A stretch of DNA of 50,647 nucleotides from positions 1 through 50,647 of the IMG/VR virus record IMGVR_UViG_3300036781_000493, one strand, 5' to 3'. How positions within the stretch are numbered: position 1 is the first letter of the stretch; every line of letters starts with the position of its first letter. This stretch comes from a virus (taxonomy: Duplodnaviria; Caudoviricetes). The position numbers and the translations under genes were made by a program. Shown here one piece after another: positions 36,654 to 46,599 of this stretch. Below the pieces are notes generated by a model. The model saw nothing but the letters and a program-made list of their open reading frames with translations. It did no database searches and had not been told where the DNA came from.

Positions 36654-39143
36654 ATGCCTGACAACCAGCACAATCCTAAGAATGCAGACGTTCCAGTAGT
36701 TTCTGGGACTCCAGACTCAGGTGCTCCTAGCACAGCTGCGTCTTCGGATTTTGGCCTTGGGGCGCTGAATCAGAGTCTTGCTCAGCAGGATGCTCTGAGA
36801 GAACAGCGTCAACTTGAACAGCAGAAGCAGGCTCTTCGAGTCGATCAGGGCCAGAAAGACATGGCCAAGATTGCTGTGGCTGGCACTCAGGTGAGTCAGC
36901 AAGTAGTCGACTCTATGGCTGGGTTGACAAAGGTTGTTGGTGAGAATCAAAAAGCCGAACAGGAGATGCGCGATCTTCAGACGTCTGGTAACGCTGGGGA
37001 TTTCATTCAGGCCATCGGTAAGACAATTTCTGATCCGCAGAGATACACTGCAGCTGGTCGTGCGAAGAGGTTGGCTGAAGAGTCAAACAATGTTCAGGCC
37101 TTGACAGCTGTGGCTTCCGCCAAACAGAACATGCTTTCGATGGCGGCTGGCGCTGTTGACGCTCAAGTGAAGGCTCAGGCTGGCCCATTGAATATGGCTC
37201 AGTTGCAAGAGACTCAAGGTAATGAGCGCATTCAGGCAGAGCTGGCCAGGACTCAGACTCAAGCTCAGACTCTTGCAACGAACAATCAGTTGCAGGAACA
37301 GCAGTTGGCTATGATGAGTCCAGCTGATACCAAAGCTGCACTCGCTAAGAGCGGCGGTAAGCCAATTGATGTTGGTGGTGTTATCATTTCGCCCGGTCAG
37401 CTTCAGTCGAGAGTCGACCAGCTTGATGCACGACAGGATATCGCTGATGCTCGGCAGGCCGCTCAGGAGACTAAGCGACTCGATTTGAATGATAAACTCG
37501 CTCGCAGAGAGCTTGAGACCTATTCAGTTGAAGAGTTGCGCCCAATGCTGTTGAATGGTGACCCGACTGGTAAGTTTAAGTTGAATGATATCAAGCAGGT
37601 TTATGACACGAAAACTGCTGCACAGACGGATGCGATTCAGACAGCAGTCAAGGCATTTCAGTTTCAGGATTTTGGTGCCAGTACTATTGCGCCGGCAGCG
37701 GATGAGATTAATAAGATTCAGCCGAATGTCACGCCAGGGACTCCGTTGGCAAGGCAGCTTCAACAGTTTAAAAGCACGGTAGGGGCAGTTGCGAATACGG
37801 CTGAGCAATTCAGGAATAAAGAGACAGGTGGGTATGACATGCCTCCTGCTGTGGCCGCTGCTTCGAATCTTGCTGTCAATGATGCGCACGACAAGCTCAT
37901 GGCTGAAGTCAACAAGCAAGCCAAGCAACAGGCTAAGGGGGATAAGAATGTTGAGGAGATTCTTAACAATACTCTTGTCGGGAATCCTGCGCCGAAGGAA
38001 ACTGTCCAGGCGGCGATTCTAGATCGACTCGATAACAATCGGCCACTTAATGATATTCTCTCGGATGCGACCGCGACAAAAGTTAAGCAGATTTACACCC
38101 AGACATATCAGAATCTGTTAAGCCAGGCCATTGCGAATCCAATGGCTAACAGCGCTGAGTCGAAGAAGTTGCTGAAAGAACAGGCTCAACAAGAGGCGAT
38201 CAAGCAGGGAATCGGACAGGAGATCACTTCCCGCACTGTCGATCTCGTTACGAATCAGATCGACATGCCGGATAATCCACTCGTTGGCCAGTACGACAAA
38301 AACTCATTCTTGAGAGAAGTGGCTAATGCGGACTCGCGTGGTCGCAAGATTTTCAAAGACACCTATAATTTGACTGATGAGGAAATGGCTCGAGTCAGTC
38401 AGGGCCAGGCTGTGCCTGATAAGGGGGTCGGCCCTGAGCAGATTGCGAACTTGACTACGACACAGAATCAGGAGTTGTTCTTGGAGCTTGACTCACATCA
38501 GAATGGACTTGCCAAGAAATACGTGGATTGGTGGGGCCAAAAGGGTGGGGATTATATCAATCGAGTCCAAGACGCGAGACACCAGGAAGCTCAAAAAGGT
38601 GGCATTCAAGGACTCTCTTATGAGTCCTATGCCTCTGAAATGGAAACGCAGCAGAGCCAGGATTATGTTGGGTCTCTTCAAGACTCCTTCAACAATGGTT
38701 ACGACCAGACGAAGAAAGAGCGTTATCATAATCTGGTTTCATTTGATACTCGTCCGGAGTATCGTCAGGCTGCTTTGCTTCAACTTGACTCGAGTCTCAC
38801 TGACTCAGAAAAACAGAAATTTATGGGTGACTTTCTGCTCCCTGCCATTAAAGACATGGCGGCCAAGGGGGGCACCTATACCTATATCAATGACCAGGTT
38901 GAGCAGATGATTCAAGCTGGTGTATCCAACTCGCCGGAAGTGCAGAAGATTCTGCAGAAGGTGTCGAAGAATCGAACCAATAATGTGAATACTCTTGAGG
39001 GTATTCTTGTTAAGCCGTTCTGGAATCGAGTCGCTCTTTCGATGACCCCATTTGCATCTGATCCGGAGTCAACACTTGAGCGCTCTGTATCGAGTCGTCG
39101 TGAGTACCAGTGGTTTGAAGATCTTTACAAGGAACAAAAATAA
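36654..39143 (+). CDS. internal virion (ejection) protein 2
   Basis: 829 aa, Gln/Ala-rich helical. Confidence 0.65.
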   Translation: MPDNQHNPKNADVPVVSGTPDSGAPSTAASSDFGLGALNQSLAQQDALREQRQLEQQKQALRVDQGQKDMAKIAVAGTQVSQQVVDSMAGLTKVVGENQKAEQEMRDLQTSGNAGDFIQAIGKTISDPQRYTAAGRAKRLAEESNNVQALTAVASAKQNMLSMAAGAVDAQVKAQAGPLNMAQLQETQGNERIQAELARTQTQAQTLATNNQLQEQQLAMMSPADTKAALAKSGGKPIDVGGVIISPGQLQSRVDQLDARQDIADARQAAQETKRLDLNDKLARRELETYSVEELRPMLLNGDPTGKFKLNDIKQVYDTKTAAQTDAIQTAVKAFQFQDFGASTIAPAADEINKIQPNVTPGTPLARQLQQFKSTVGAVANTAEQFRNKETGGYDMPPAVAAASNLAVNDAHDKLMAEVNKQAKQQAKGDKNVEEILNNTLVGNPAPKETVQAAILDRLDNNRPLNDILSDATATKVKQIYTQTYQNLLSQAIANPMANSAESKKLLKEQAQQEAIKQGIGQEITSRTVDLVTNQIDMPDNPLVGQYDKNSFLREVANADSRGRKIFKDTYNLTDEEMARVSQGQAVPDKGVGPEQIANLTTTQNQELFLELDSHQNGLAKKYVDWWGQKGGDYINRVQDARHQEAQKGGIQGLSYESYASEMETQQSQDYVGSLQDSFNNGYDQTKKERYHNLVSFDTRPEYRQAALLQLDSSLTDSEKQKFMGDFLLPAIKDMAAKGGTYTYINDQVEQMIQAGVSNSPEVQKILQKVSKNRTNNVNTLEGILVKPFWNRVALSMTPFASDPESTLERSVSSRREYQWFEDLYKEQK

Positions 39144-42100
39144 TGCCTGATATGGGTGTATACGGCGAAGCAGCCCGCTCGGTTAATGTTCTGACTCCAC
39201 GCATTGGTATTACTCCAGGCTCGAATGCGGCTACGACTAACAATCTTGGCTCGTCTACTGATGACATCGCTCGTCGTCAGTCAATGACAGAGCAGCTGTT
39301 TCACAATAAATATGATGAACAGGATTCAACGACGTTCCACGTTGCTAAGCTGGTGACAGCTGCTGGCGTTGACATGGCTGATATGGTATCGAGTGCCTTT
39401 CCAGGAGTCGATCGAGGTGCCGTTTGGCAGCAAGCCAGAAACATGGGACTCAATGGGCTAGCCGATTTTGCGGTCAGAAATGATGCGTCGGTTGGACTCA
39501 CGAGTGGTTTGGTCGCTGGCGTTGTGACGGCTGGTATTGCTGATGCTTATCTAGCTCCTGCCATTGGGGCAAGACTAGCAAGTTCCACTTTTCTCAATTC
39601 CACCAAGCTTTATAAGTGGGGCCAGGCGACTCTAGGTGGAGCTAAACAGCTTGCTATTGACTCGGCGGCAAGTGCTGGGGTGAATGGTGAGTTGGCAACT
39701 GTGTTGGCTACATCAGGGGGCCGCCAGTTGCTTCGAGCAAGAGTCGCTGGCGCTGTCGGTAAGGGAGTCGTTAGCGAAGTCGCAGTGGCGGGAGTAACTC
39801 ATACGAATCAGCAGATGTGGTCTGATGACATGAGCACCAATCTTGCTTTGAGTGCACTTGGAATCGGAGCTGCTGGTGCACTTGGTGCGCTCGGAGCTAG
39901 ATTCGAGATGAGGCAAATTGCCAATTCTGATGAAGTCATGTACAAGCGAGCAGCAGCCAGTGACCCGTATGGGTATACTTGGAATCGAGAATATCAGCCT
40001 ACTAAAGCTGAGTTAGATGCGCTCGGTGCTGGGGCTCAATACAAGGAATCGGTGAATCTCACTGACTTGATGCTTCAAGCTCGCCAGCAGGTTCCTGAGA
40101 CTGTTGGTAACAAACGTGCTCAGTTGATCACGAATGAGTCCAAGCAGGTTCAACAGCAAGCTAACGAGTCCTTGCAAAAGATTACAAACAAGGGCATTGA
40201 TGGTGTACCTAATACATCGTTTGCTTTGAATGACCCGACGAAGAGACTCGAGACTCAACACCTTACCGCAAGTCTCCACGATGATCCTACTTCAATGTTC
40301 GGATTTGATTCAGTCGGCGGTGGCAACTTCGCTGATAACGTGATCACTCGCAATAAGACGATTGAAAAGTTGAAGGATTCTGATCAAGTCAAGGATCTTC
40401 GTCAGGCCCAAGTACTCGAGTCTCAGGAGCCGTTGACACTGGTCAACAAGACTTGGATGCCGGATTCACCGGAAGCCAGACAGCTTTCGAAGTTTACTCC
40501 CGCTCCTGTGGATTTGAAGCCGACTACCCGCGCAGCTGGGAATTTCGACTACACAATGAATCTTCAGAATGGTGGCAAGATTTCCATCAATGAAGGCGGC
40601 AATATTCCGAATTTTGAAAAGCTCAATATCACTGATCAGATGAATGCTATTCAAGGTCTGACTCAAGTCGCCCGAAAGATGGTGTCGAATAAGGCGGAAT
40701 TCATCGTTCCGAAGAATCCAACTTGGTTGCAGGCTGATTTCGCTCAACATTTTGCTGACCTCGGTGGCAAGGTTGATACTATGACCTTTGCTGGTTTCCA
40801 TGACATGGATGAACTTGCTATGGATTCATTCCGTAACAAGACACAAGCTGCACTGGCAATGAGTAAGGCCGGGAAGTTTGATTATTGGGCCAGGCTGAAA
40901 TTGAATCTGCCTCTGCCCAGTTCGCTGGAACGCATTCACTCCGGCAACGGTGACACTCTGACTCAGGTCATGAATGGAGCATTGAAGAATCCAAACATGA
41001 CTGCTCAGGAGGCCCGTGAGGCTAGAACTACGCTTCTGTCGACACTTGATCTGAGAGATGGAATCAAAACCCAACCCAGCCAAATCTCTGGTGATCTGTT
41101 CAATTTCAACAGGAATCAAGAAGGACAGTGGATGCCGATGCTGACTGGTTATTCCAGTTTTAATCGAATCACTCCCGAGTTGGCAGGGAGTCGTGAGCAT
41201 CTGTTGATTGCCACTGCGGAGAATAAGATTTTTCGCATGGCGGAATTGAACAAAGGGATTCTTTCGGCTGAAATGACTAAAGGTCTTTTGGCCGCTCCTG
41301 AGTTTCAATCGAGCATGAAGATACTCGGACTCGCTGCTGATCAAGTAACTGGACTCGGCAGTGAGGTGTCTCAGGGCCTCGGCACTATTTTGACTCGATC
41401 GATGAGGTATAGGGATTCCCCGACTATGCTGGCTACTCTTAAAGTGAGAGAAGCAGTCAATAAGGGGATTGAGAATTACACTAACAAGTTCATGACGACC
41501 GTGTATAATGGGGTTCAGAATGAACTCGCGAGTGTTCCGAATCGAGGCAGTAAAGCTTTGGTGGATCAGTGGTACTCGTTTGCCGGCGGTTGGGATTTGA
41601 AAAAGGCGCCAGTACCGCAGGCTGATGGCACATTTGCGTTTGCTCTGGATTCAACTGCAAAGAACGAACAGAGACTCGGCAGAGCCGTTGGCGACGATGA
41701 TCTTTTGCTGAACCCCAATACTCAAAAGGCAGTTGTCGTTGATGACAAGGCCATGCAGTTCCTGGTGTCGAGCCAAGCTGGCTATAAGACTCTTCTGAAA
41801 GACACAAACGCGATTCGCTCTTCGAGAGGCTTGTCGCCCATCAATGAAAAGAGCTGGTATGTGCCGCCCCCGTCCACTAAAGGTAAGATCGTTGGATTCA
41901 CTATTGGCGCTGATGGCAAAACCGTTCCTGGCGGAGCTATTGTCGCAGGGAGTCAGGAGGAGTTTAATGCGCTCCGTGCTTCGAAAGAAAAGACACTTCA
42001 GCCAGGCCAGAGGTTCTTTTCTCAGGCGGAGATTGAGTCAACAGCAGACCTTTGGGATTCTGCTGAAATGGGCTGGATCGACCCAGGGTTCATCGGTGGG

Positions 42101-44131
42101 AAAAAAGAAAGTCAGACTGGTTCGCTTTTTGGTAACAAAATGAACCCGAGTGCCATGCAGGATTCTCTTGCATGGGTGTCAGACCGGATTCAGGACATTG
42201 GCCAAGGGACGGTAAGGTCGCTTTATGATCAGCAGCTTTCCATTGCGAGAGCCAGGTCAGCTGCGGAGTCAGCTGTGGCCGGTGGCACCAATAATCGAAC
42301 CATTTATGATGAATGGGAAGCTACGATTCTTGGCCGTCCGCTATCGAGTGTCAAGCCCGGTGAAGGCACAAAGGTCATCAAGGCTACTGAAGGACTCGCA
42401 CAAAGCGTGATCAATTCTAGCTGGCCTATCATCAAGGCCGTGCCTGCGACTCAAGTCGGCCAATGGATCAGCGACCTTTCCGCTCGACTGGGCATGAAGC
42501 CAATCACCAGCTTCAAGAGCTTTGATGATCTTGCGACTCAGCTTGGACCGCATACCCCATATGCCAAGGTTTCGGAGTATATGGAAGCTAACTTGCGAGT
42601 CTCGACTCCGCCGGAATTGAAAGCTATCACGTCTGGGATCAATCGACTCAGTGCAAGCTTGTTACTTCGCTGGTTTGAAATTCCCAATGCAGCAATGAAC
42701 ATGCTTGGCATTGTGACCAACATGCCGTCGATTCTTCGCTCCCCTTCCACTCCATTGATTGGAACATTGACCAGTCAGACTGGGAAGAAGATTGGGGTCG
42801 TGGACTCGTATAAGATTCTTGCTCAAGGTTTCAACGATATGCTCCATGGAAAGAAGCACATTGAGTGGGACACGATGGTCAAGAATGGAGACACGACTCA
42901 ATCGATTGCTGAGTTGAACAAACAACTGAGTCTGATCAACTCACGCGGAGCCGTGTCGAGAGTTCTCTTGGGAGACCCAAATGCTAAAGGATTCGCAGCC
43001 CGAAAGGGAGTGGATGGACTTATTTCTCTTGCCACCGATACTACTGAGTCTATGTCTCGTGCTTGGGCTCATTTCGTTGGACTGCGTTTGGCGGATGCTA
43101 ATGGGGTGGTGGGCACTGAAGCTCGTCATTCGTTCGCTCGTGAAGTAGCGAATCAAGCTATTGCCAACTACAATCCTCTGAATAAGCCAGAGCTCTTCCA
43201 GAGTTCAATCGGCAGTATGTTTGGGCTGTTCACCAGCTACATGCAACAGTACAATCAGCGACTCTTTCGCTGGGCCGAAGTCGGGGATTACAGGTCGATC
43301 GGCCGGCAGCTTGCCACTCAGTCGGCTCTCTTTGGTGTGGCCAGTACCCCCGGTTACAACATGTTTGCGAGTCTCTATCAAGGGCATGGTGAGAATCCGG
43401 AAGCTACCCTGACGGACGCAATCTATGCGAAGTTCGGTCCGAAGGTTGGTGCCATGATTGCCAATGGCGGCATTCAGGAGATTCCCAAGATATTCGGGCT
43501 TGACCAGGGAATTGCACTTTACTCTCGTGGAGATGCGAATCTGCGGTCGCCTACACTCGATCCGACCAAGTTGATGGCAGGTCTCAATATGCTTTCTGCT
43601 GTCGGAGATACCGCTTGGCAGGTTGCCGGCAAGGCACTCGATGGTGACTCAGATCTCACTATGCGAGGTGTGAGCGAAATCGTTGCTAGGAACATGCCGA
43701 ATCGTGCAATGAAAGGTGCATTGACTGTGTTGGCAAATGGCGGGCAAGACACGGATGTGAGTGGCCAGATTGTCTCTGATACCCAAACTTGGCTTGAGTC
43801 TGGACTCCGTGTTGCTGGCCTTCGCTCGACTCGTCAACAGGGTGAGATTGAAGCCTACTATGCGAATTCTGCCCAGAGACGTCGACTCGCTGGCCGCATG
43901 GAAACGCTCAGAACCGAAACACGCGCTGCTCTCCGAAGTGGGACTCAGCCAGATATCATGGCTCTATTCAATAAGTATACGAAAAGTGGTGGCAGCCCGA
44001 CTCACTTCAGTCAATGGCTGCAAGACCAGATGATGACGACGAAAGACACACGTGGGATGAATAACTACATGGACTCTTTACGAAGTCCACAGACCCAGCT
44101 TGAAGCTTGGCGATATGAGATGCGCCGTTGA
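39143..44131 (+). CDS. large internal virion (ejection) protein 3
   Basis: 1662 aa, last structural gene; C-terminal GSMFGLFTSY-type region seen in podovirus core proteins. Confidence 0.7.
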   Translation: MPDMGVYGEAARSVNVLTPRIGITPGSNAATTNNLGSSTDDIARRQSMTEQLFHNKYDEQDSTTFHVAKLVTAAGVDMADMVSSAFPGVDRGAVWQQARNMGLNGLADFAVRNDASVGLTSGLVAGVVTAGIADAYLAPAIGARLASSTFLNSTKLYKWGQATLGGAKQLAIDSAASAGVNGELATVLATSGGRQLLRARVAGAVGKGVVSEVAVAGVTHTNQQMWSDDMSTNLALSALGIGAAGALGALGARFEMRQIANSDEVMYKRAAASDPYGYTWNREYQPTKAELDALGAGAQYKESVNLTDLMLQARQQVPETVGNKRAQLITNESKQVQQQANESLQKITNKGIDGVPNTSFALNDPTKRLETQHLTASLHDDPTSMFGFDSVGGGNFADNVITRNKTIEKLKDSDQVKDLRQAQVLESQEPLTLVNKTWMPDSPEARQLSKFTPAPVDLKPTTRAAGNFDYTMNLQNGGKISINEGGNIPNFEKLNITDQMNAIQGLTQVARKMVSNKAEFIVPKNPTWLQADFAQHFADLGGKVDTMTFAGFHDMDELAMDSFRNKTQAALAMSKAGKFDYWARLKLNLPLPSSLERIHSGNGDTLTQVMNGALKNPNMTAQEAREARTTLLSTLDLRDGIKTQPSQISGDLFNFNRNQEGQWMPMLTGYSSFNRITPELAGSREHLLIATAENKIFRMAELNKGILSAEMTKGLLAAPEFQSSMKILGLAADQVTGLGSEVSQGLGTILTRSMRYRDSPTMLATLKVREAVNKGIENYTNKFMTTVYNGVQNELASVPNRGSKALVDQWYSFAGGWDLKKAPVPQADGTFAFALDSTAKNEQRLGRAVGDDDLLLNPNTQKAVVVDDKAMQFLVSSQAGYKTLLKDTNAIRSSRGLSPINEKSWYVPPPSTKGKIVGFTIGADGKTVPGGAIVAGSQEEFNALRASKEKTLQPGQRFFSQAEIESTADLWDSAEMGWIDPGFIGGKKESQTGSLFGNKMNPSAMQDSLAWVSDRIQDIGQGTVRSLYDQQLSIARARSAAESAVAGGTNNRTIYDEWEATILGRPLSSVKPGEGTKVIKATEGLAQSVINSSWPIIKAVPATQVGQWISDLSARLGMKPITSFKSFDDLATQLGPHTPYAKVSEYMEANLRVSTPPELKAITSGINRLSASLLLRWFEIPNAAMNMLGIVTNMPSILRSPSTPLIGTLTSQTGKKIGVVDSYKILAQGFNDMLHGKKHIEWDTMVKNGDTTQSIAELNKQLSLINSRGAVSRVLLGDPNAKGFAARKGVDGLISLATDTTESMSRAWAHFVGLRLADANGVVGTEARHSFAREVANQAIANYNPLNKPELFQSSIGSMFGLFTSYMQQYNQRLFRWAEVGDYRSIGRQLATQSALFGVASTPGYNMFASLYQGHGENPEATLTDAIYAKFGPKVGAMIANGGIQEIPKIFGLDQGIALYSRGDANLRSPTLDPTKLMAGLNMLSAVGDTAWQVAGKALDGDSDLTMRGVSEIVARNMPNRAMKGALTVLANGGQDTDVSGQIVSDTQTWLESGLRVAGLRSTRQQGEIEAYYANSAQRRRLAGRMETLRTETRAALRSGTQPDIMALFNKYTKSGGSPTHFSQWLQDQMMTTKDTRGMNNYMDSLRSPQTQLEAWRYEMRR

Positions 44132-44134
44132 GTC

Positions 44135-44166
44135 AAAAAAGAAGGGAGCCATTAGGCTCCCTTTTC
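44135..44166. terminator. bidirectional terminator between the convergent arms
   Basis: AAAAAAGAAGGGAGCC-atta-GGCTCCCTTTT. Confidence 0.8.
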
Positions 44167-45627
44167 AATTACTTTAAATTTATCTTTTTTATTTACTTTC
44201 CAGGGCCGGAACTCATCCGGTTGTGGAGTCGTTCTTTCGAACGTTTGTGAGTCAACTCCGAACCCATCGGTCAAAAGCGCTAAAGCTTTCTCTTGGGCCG
44301 TTGTGTTGAACGTCCATTTATCTTGACGTTTGTGGACTCCAGCTTCCGTCAGTTTTCCCTGCTCTGATAGAGACGTCATCATGCGAGTGATGGATTCACG
44401 ATCGGCAAGGTGCCCCGCATGACTTTGCATCATGGCTAGGTCAACTTCGTTATTGGACGATCCTTCGATCAACTCGGCAGCCGCGCATAGCACCTTGGAA
44501 TAGACGCCTGTTTCTAGGCCATAGTAGGCCCGTGGCATAAGCATTTCGGTAAGGCATAGGATAACGTGCGCCAAACGCACATCGCTTGCTATGACCTCTG
44601 TGTGGGCGCCTGAGCCACGCATTAGGGCCAATAGGGCGCTAACCTTGAGCATGTGCTCCGCACGTCGCCCGGAATAGGCTTGCATCCTCACATCAGCGAG
44701 TGGCGGCTGATACCCATACAAATCTGTATAAGTCTTTGTGGCACTCTCTGTGAGAGTCAATGACTGATGGCTTTCTTCCATAGCAGCTCGAATGCGATCA
44801 TGGAGTCCATTCTTGACGGCTTCCTGTTGCTTGGTCCAATTTGTTGGAATCGGCACAGCCTTGGAAATAACATCGCTATGAACGAACACAAGCCTGCTCA
44901 GGAATCCATGCTCACTTGCTCCCCTTGGCATCATGTGGCCAAGTGAACTCGGAGTTGTCGCGCCAATGATATTCACCATTGGTTTGTTGATGCGAGTGTT
45001 TTGACTCTTGAGCTGATAATGAATGCTATTGCCGTCGAGTGCGTCATTGAAGAAGTCAAGAAGCTCTCTGGTCGTGGAGGCAATGAGCCGACCGAGTTCT
45101 TTGGCCACGAAATAAATTTCACTGGAGCTTCCTACCTCAATGGAATCCACTCCAGCTTGTACATGATCAGTATCCAAATTAGCAAAGTCATCCAAAGTGC
45201 TAATTCTCTGCTGAATCGCATCTTTATCATCGGACGGCCCTTTCTGCCACTTTGGCGTCATTGCAGCCATGAGTCCCTGGCGCTGCCCAGCCGTATCCGT
45301 CGGACCATAGGCAATCGGAAGACCTTCAGCGAATCGCTGCATCATGGAAAGAGCGGTGGACTTTCGGAGGGCTGGAGCGCCGGTCAGGACAATTCCAAGA
45401 TTGAGTCTAAGCTGGCCCAATGGGCCGTGATTCAGAGTGATCCTGCTTCCGCAGAGAGCCGCTGTCAAAGACAAAAAGCTCCAGATGTTGTAGGGGACGG
45501 GTGACTCAAGTCCCTCAGTCAACTTCAGATAGTCTTTAATCGCTTGGCTTGAATGACTGTATCTCGGATCGTCTAGGCAGCTCAACCACACCTCATAAGG
45601 TGAGGAGCTTTGTGTCAACGAATCCAC
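44152..45627 (-). CDS. DUF3987-like AAA+ ATPase, putative replicative helicase
   Basis: ESP..Y..W, LTGAPALRKST, IIGATTP, GFLSRLVFV motifs. Confidence 0.75.
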   Translation of the reverse strand: MDSLTQSSSPYEVWLSCLDDPRYSHSSQAIKDYLKLTEGLESPVPYNIWSFLSLTAALCGSRITLNHGPLGQLRLNLGIVLTGAPALRKSTALSMMQRFAEGLPIAYGPTDTAGQRQGLMAAMTPKWQKGPSDDKDAIQQRISTLDDFANLDTDHVQAGVDSIEVGSSSEIYFVAKELGRLIASTTRELLDFFNDALDGNSIHYQLKSQNTRINKPMVNIIGATTPSSLGHMMPRGASEHGFLSRLVFVHSDVISKAVPIPTNWTKQQEAVKNGLHDRIRAAMEESHQSLTLTESATKTYTDLYGYQPPLADVRMQAYSGRRAEHMLKVSALLALMRGSGAHTEVIASDVRLAHVILCLTEMLMPRAYYGLETGVYSKVLCAAAELIEGSSNNEVDLAMMQSHAGHLADRESITRMMTSLSEQGKLTEAGVHKRQDKWTFNTTAQEKALALLTDGFGVDSQTFERTTPQPDEFRPWKVNKKDKFKVIEKGA

Positions 45628-46184
45628 CCACGACGTTCGAGTGCGGCAATAAGCTTACCGTAAAGTTCATTTGAGTCTTTTGCTACGATTGCACACTTAT
45701 GAGCAAGGTTGACTCGACTGTCACCAGGAGTCCAGAGCTCACCACGCGGAGGAGATCCGGGGGGTTCAATACAGCAAGTAAGCAAATCAATCTCTTCGCG
45801 TCCACGAAGAAAATCAATTTCAACTTCAAAGCCATTGGAATCAGCAACGAACAAAGGCACAAAATGCTTTTGATCATTTGCTCTAATCAGTAATTGACTC
45901 AACATAACTTTACTAAAAAAATTAGGGTCTATTGGTTTTGCCAGTTCTTCCGAAATTTTAATCATCCAGGCACGACCTGTGAGTCCAAGAAAATTTGATA
46001 TTTTAAATTGATCGTAATCCATTCCAGTGACACCCAAAAGTGCCATCGTAGCGATTCGAAGAGGATCCTGAAAACTGACTCGTTCTACTCTTGTGTACGA
46101 ACTAGCAGAAAGAAACCCTTCAAGCTTGTTAGCTGTCCAGGATTTGCCCGAGCCCAGCGGACCATTAATTGTAACGAGTCGCAT
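45615..46184 (-). CDS. deoxynucleoside monophosphate kinase-like
   Basis: INGPLGSGKS P-loop, SFQDPLR, GRAWMI, DSNGFEVE; start at 46184 with GGAGG RBS. Confidence 0.75.
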   Translation of the reverse strand: MRLVTINGPLGSGKSWTANKLEGFLSASSYTRVERVSFQDPLRIATMALLGVTGMDYDQFKISNFLGLTGRAWMIKISEELAKPIDPNFFSKVMLSQLLIRANDQKHFVPLFVADSNGFEVEIDFLRGREEIDLLTCCIEPPGSPPRGELWTPGDSRVNLAHKCAIVAKDSNELYGKLIAALERRGWIR

Positions 46185-46215
46185 GATTCCCTCCAAGGAT
46201 TCAAAGAATATATAG

Positions 46216-46257
46216 AAAAAGCGGCCGAGGTGAATTGCGGAAAACTCCTCGGCCGCT
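46216..46257 (-). terminator. Rho-independent terminator
   Basis: AGCGGCCGAGG/CCTCGGCCGCT stem with a T-tract on the minus strand; second hairpin at 46261-46294. Confidence 0.65.
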
Positions 46258-46295
46258 CTATCAATCAAGACACTGCGGCGGTAGTCTTGACTGAA

Positions 46296-46523
46296 TCAGG
46301 TAACAGCGGCCTCAAGTGCCGTGAGGGCAACGTAGAGACCGGCACGCGCATTCGGATCCATCTTGTCGAGATTCATGCGCGATTCAGACGCATTGTGATT
46401 CTCGTGCGAGATGAAATCCCGAAGAGCACGCACTTTCAGCTTGTCGGTGCCAGGAGTCGTGAAATCGATTTGATTGTCGATTCCTTTGACGATGGCTGCC
46501 ATGTTGGTATTGGAAGTGGACAA
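46296..46523 (-). CDS. hypothetical protein
   Basis: 75 aa, AAGGAG RBS, TTG start. Confidence 0.7.
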   Translation of the reverse strand: MSTSNTNMAAIVKGIDNQIDFTTPGTDKLKVRALRDFISHENHNASESRMNLDKMDPNARAGLYVALTALEAAVT

Positions 46524-46599
46524 TGGAGTCTCCTTTCGTCCAGTTGAGAGGGCAACGGAATTAGTTTACAGTGTCGGAAAATTGCACGATAGCATAAGT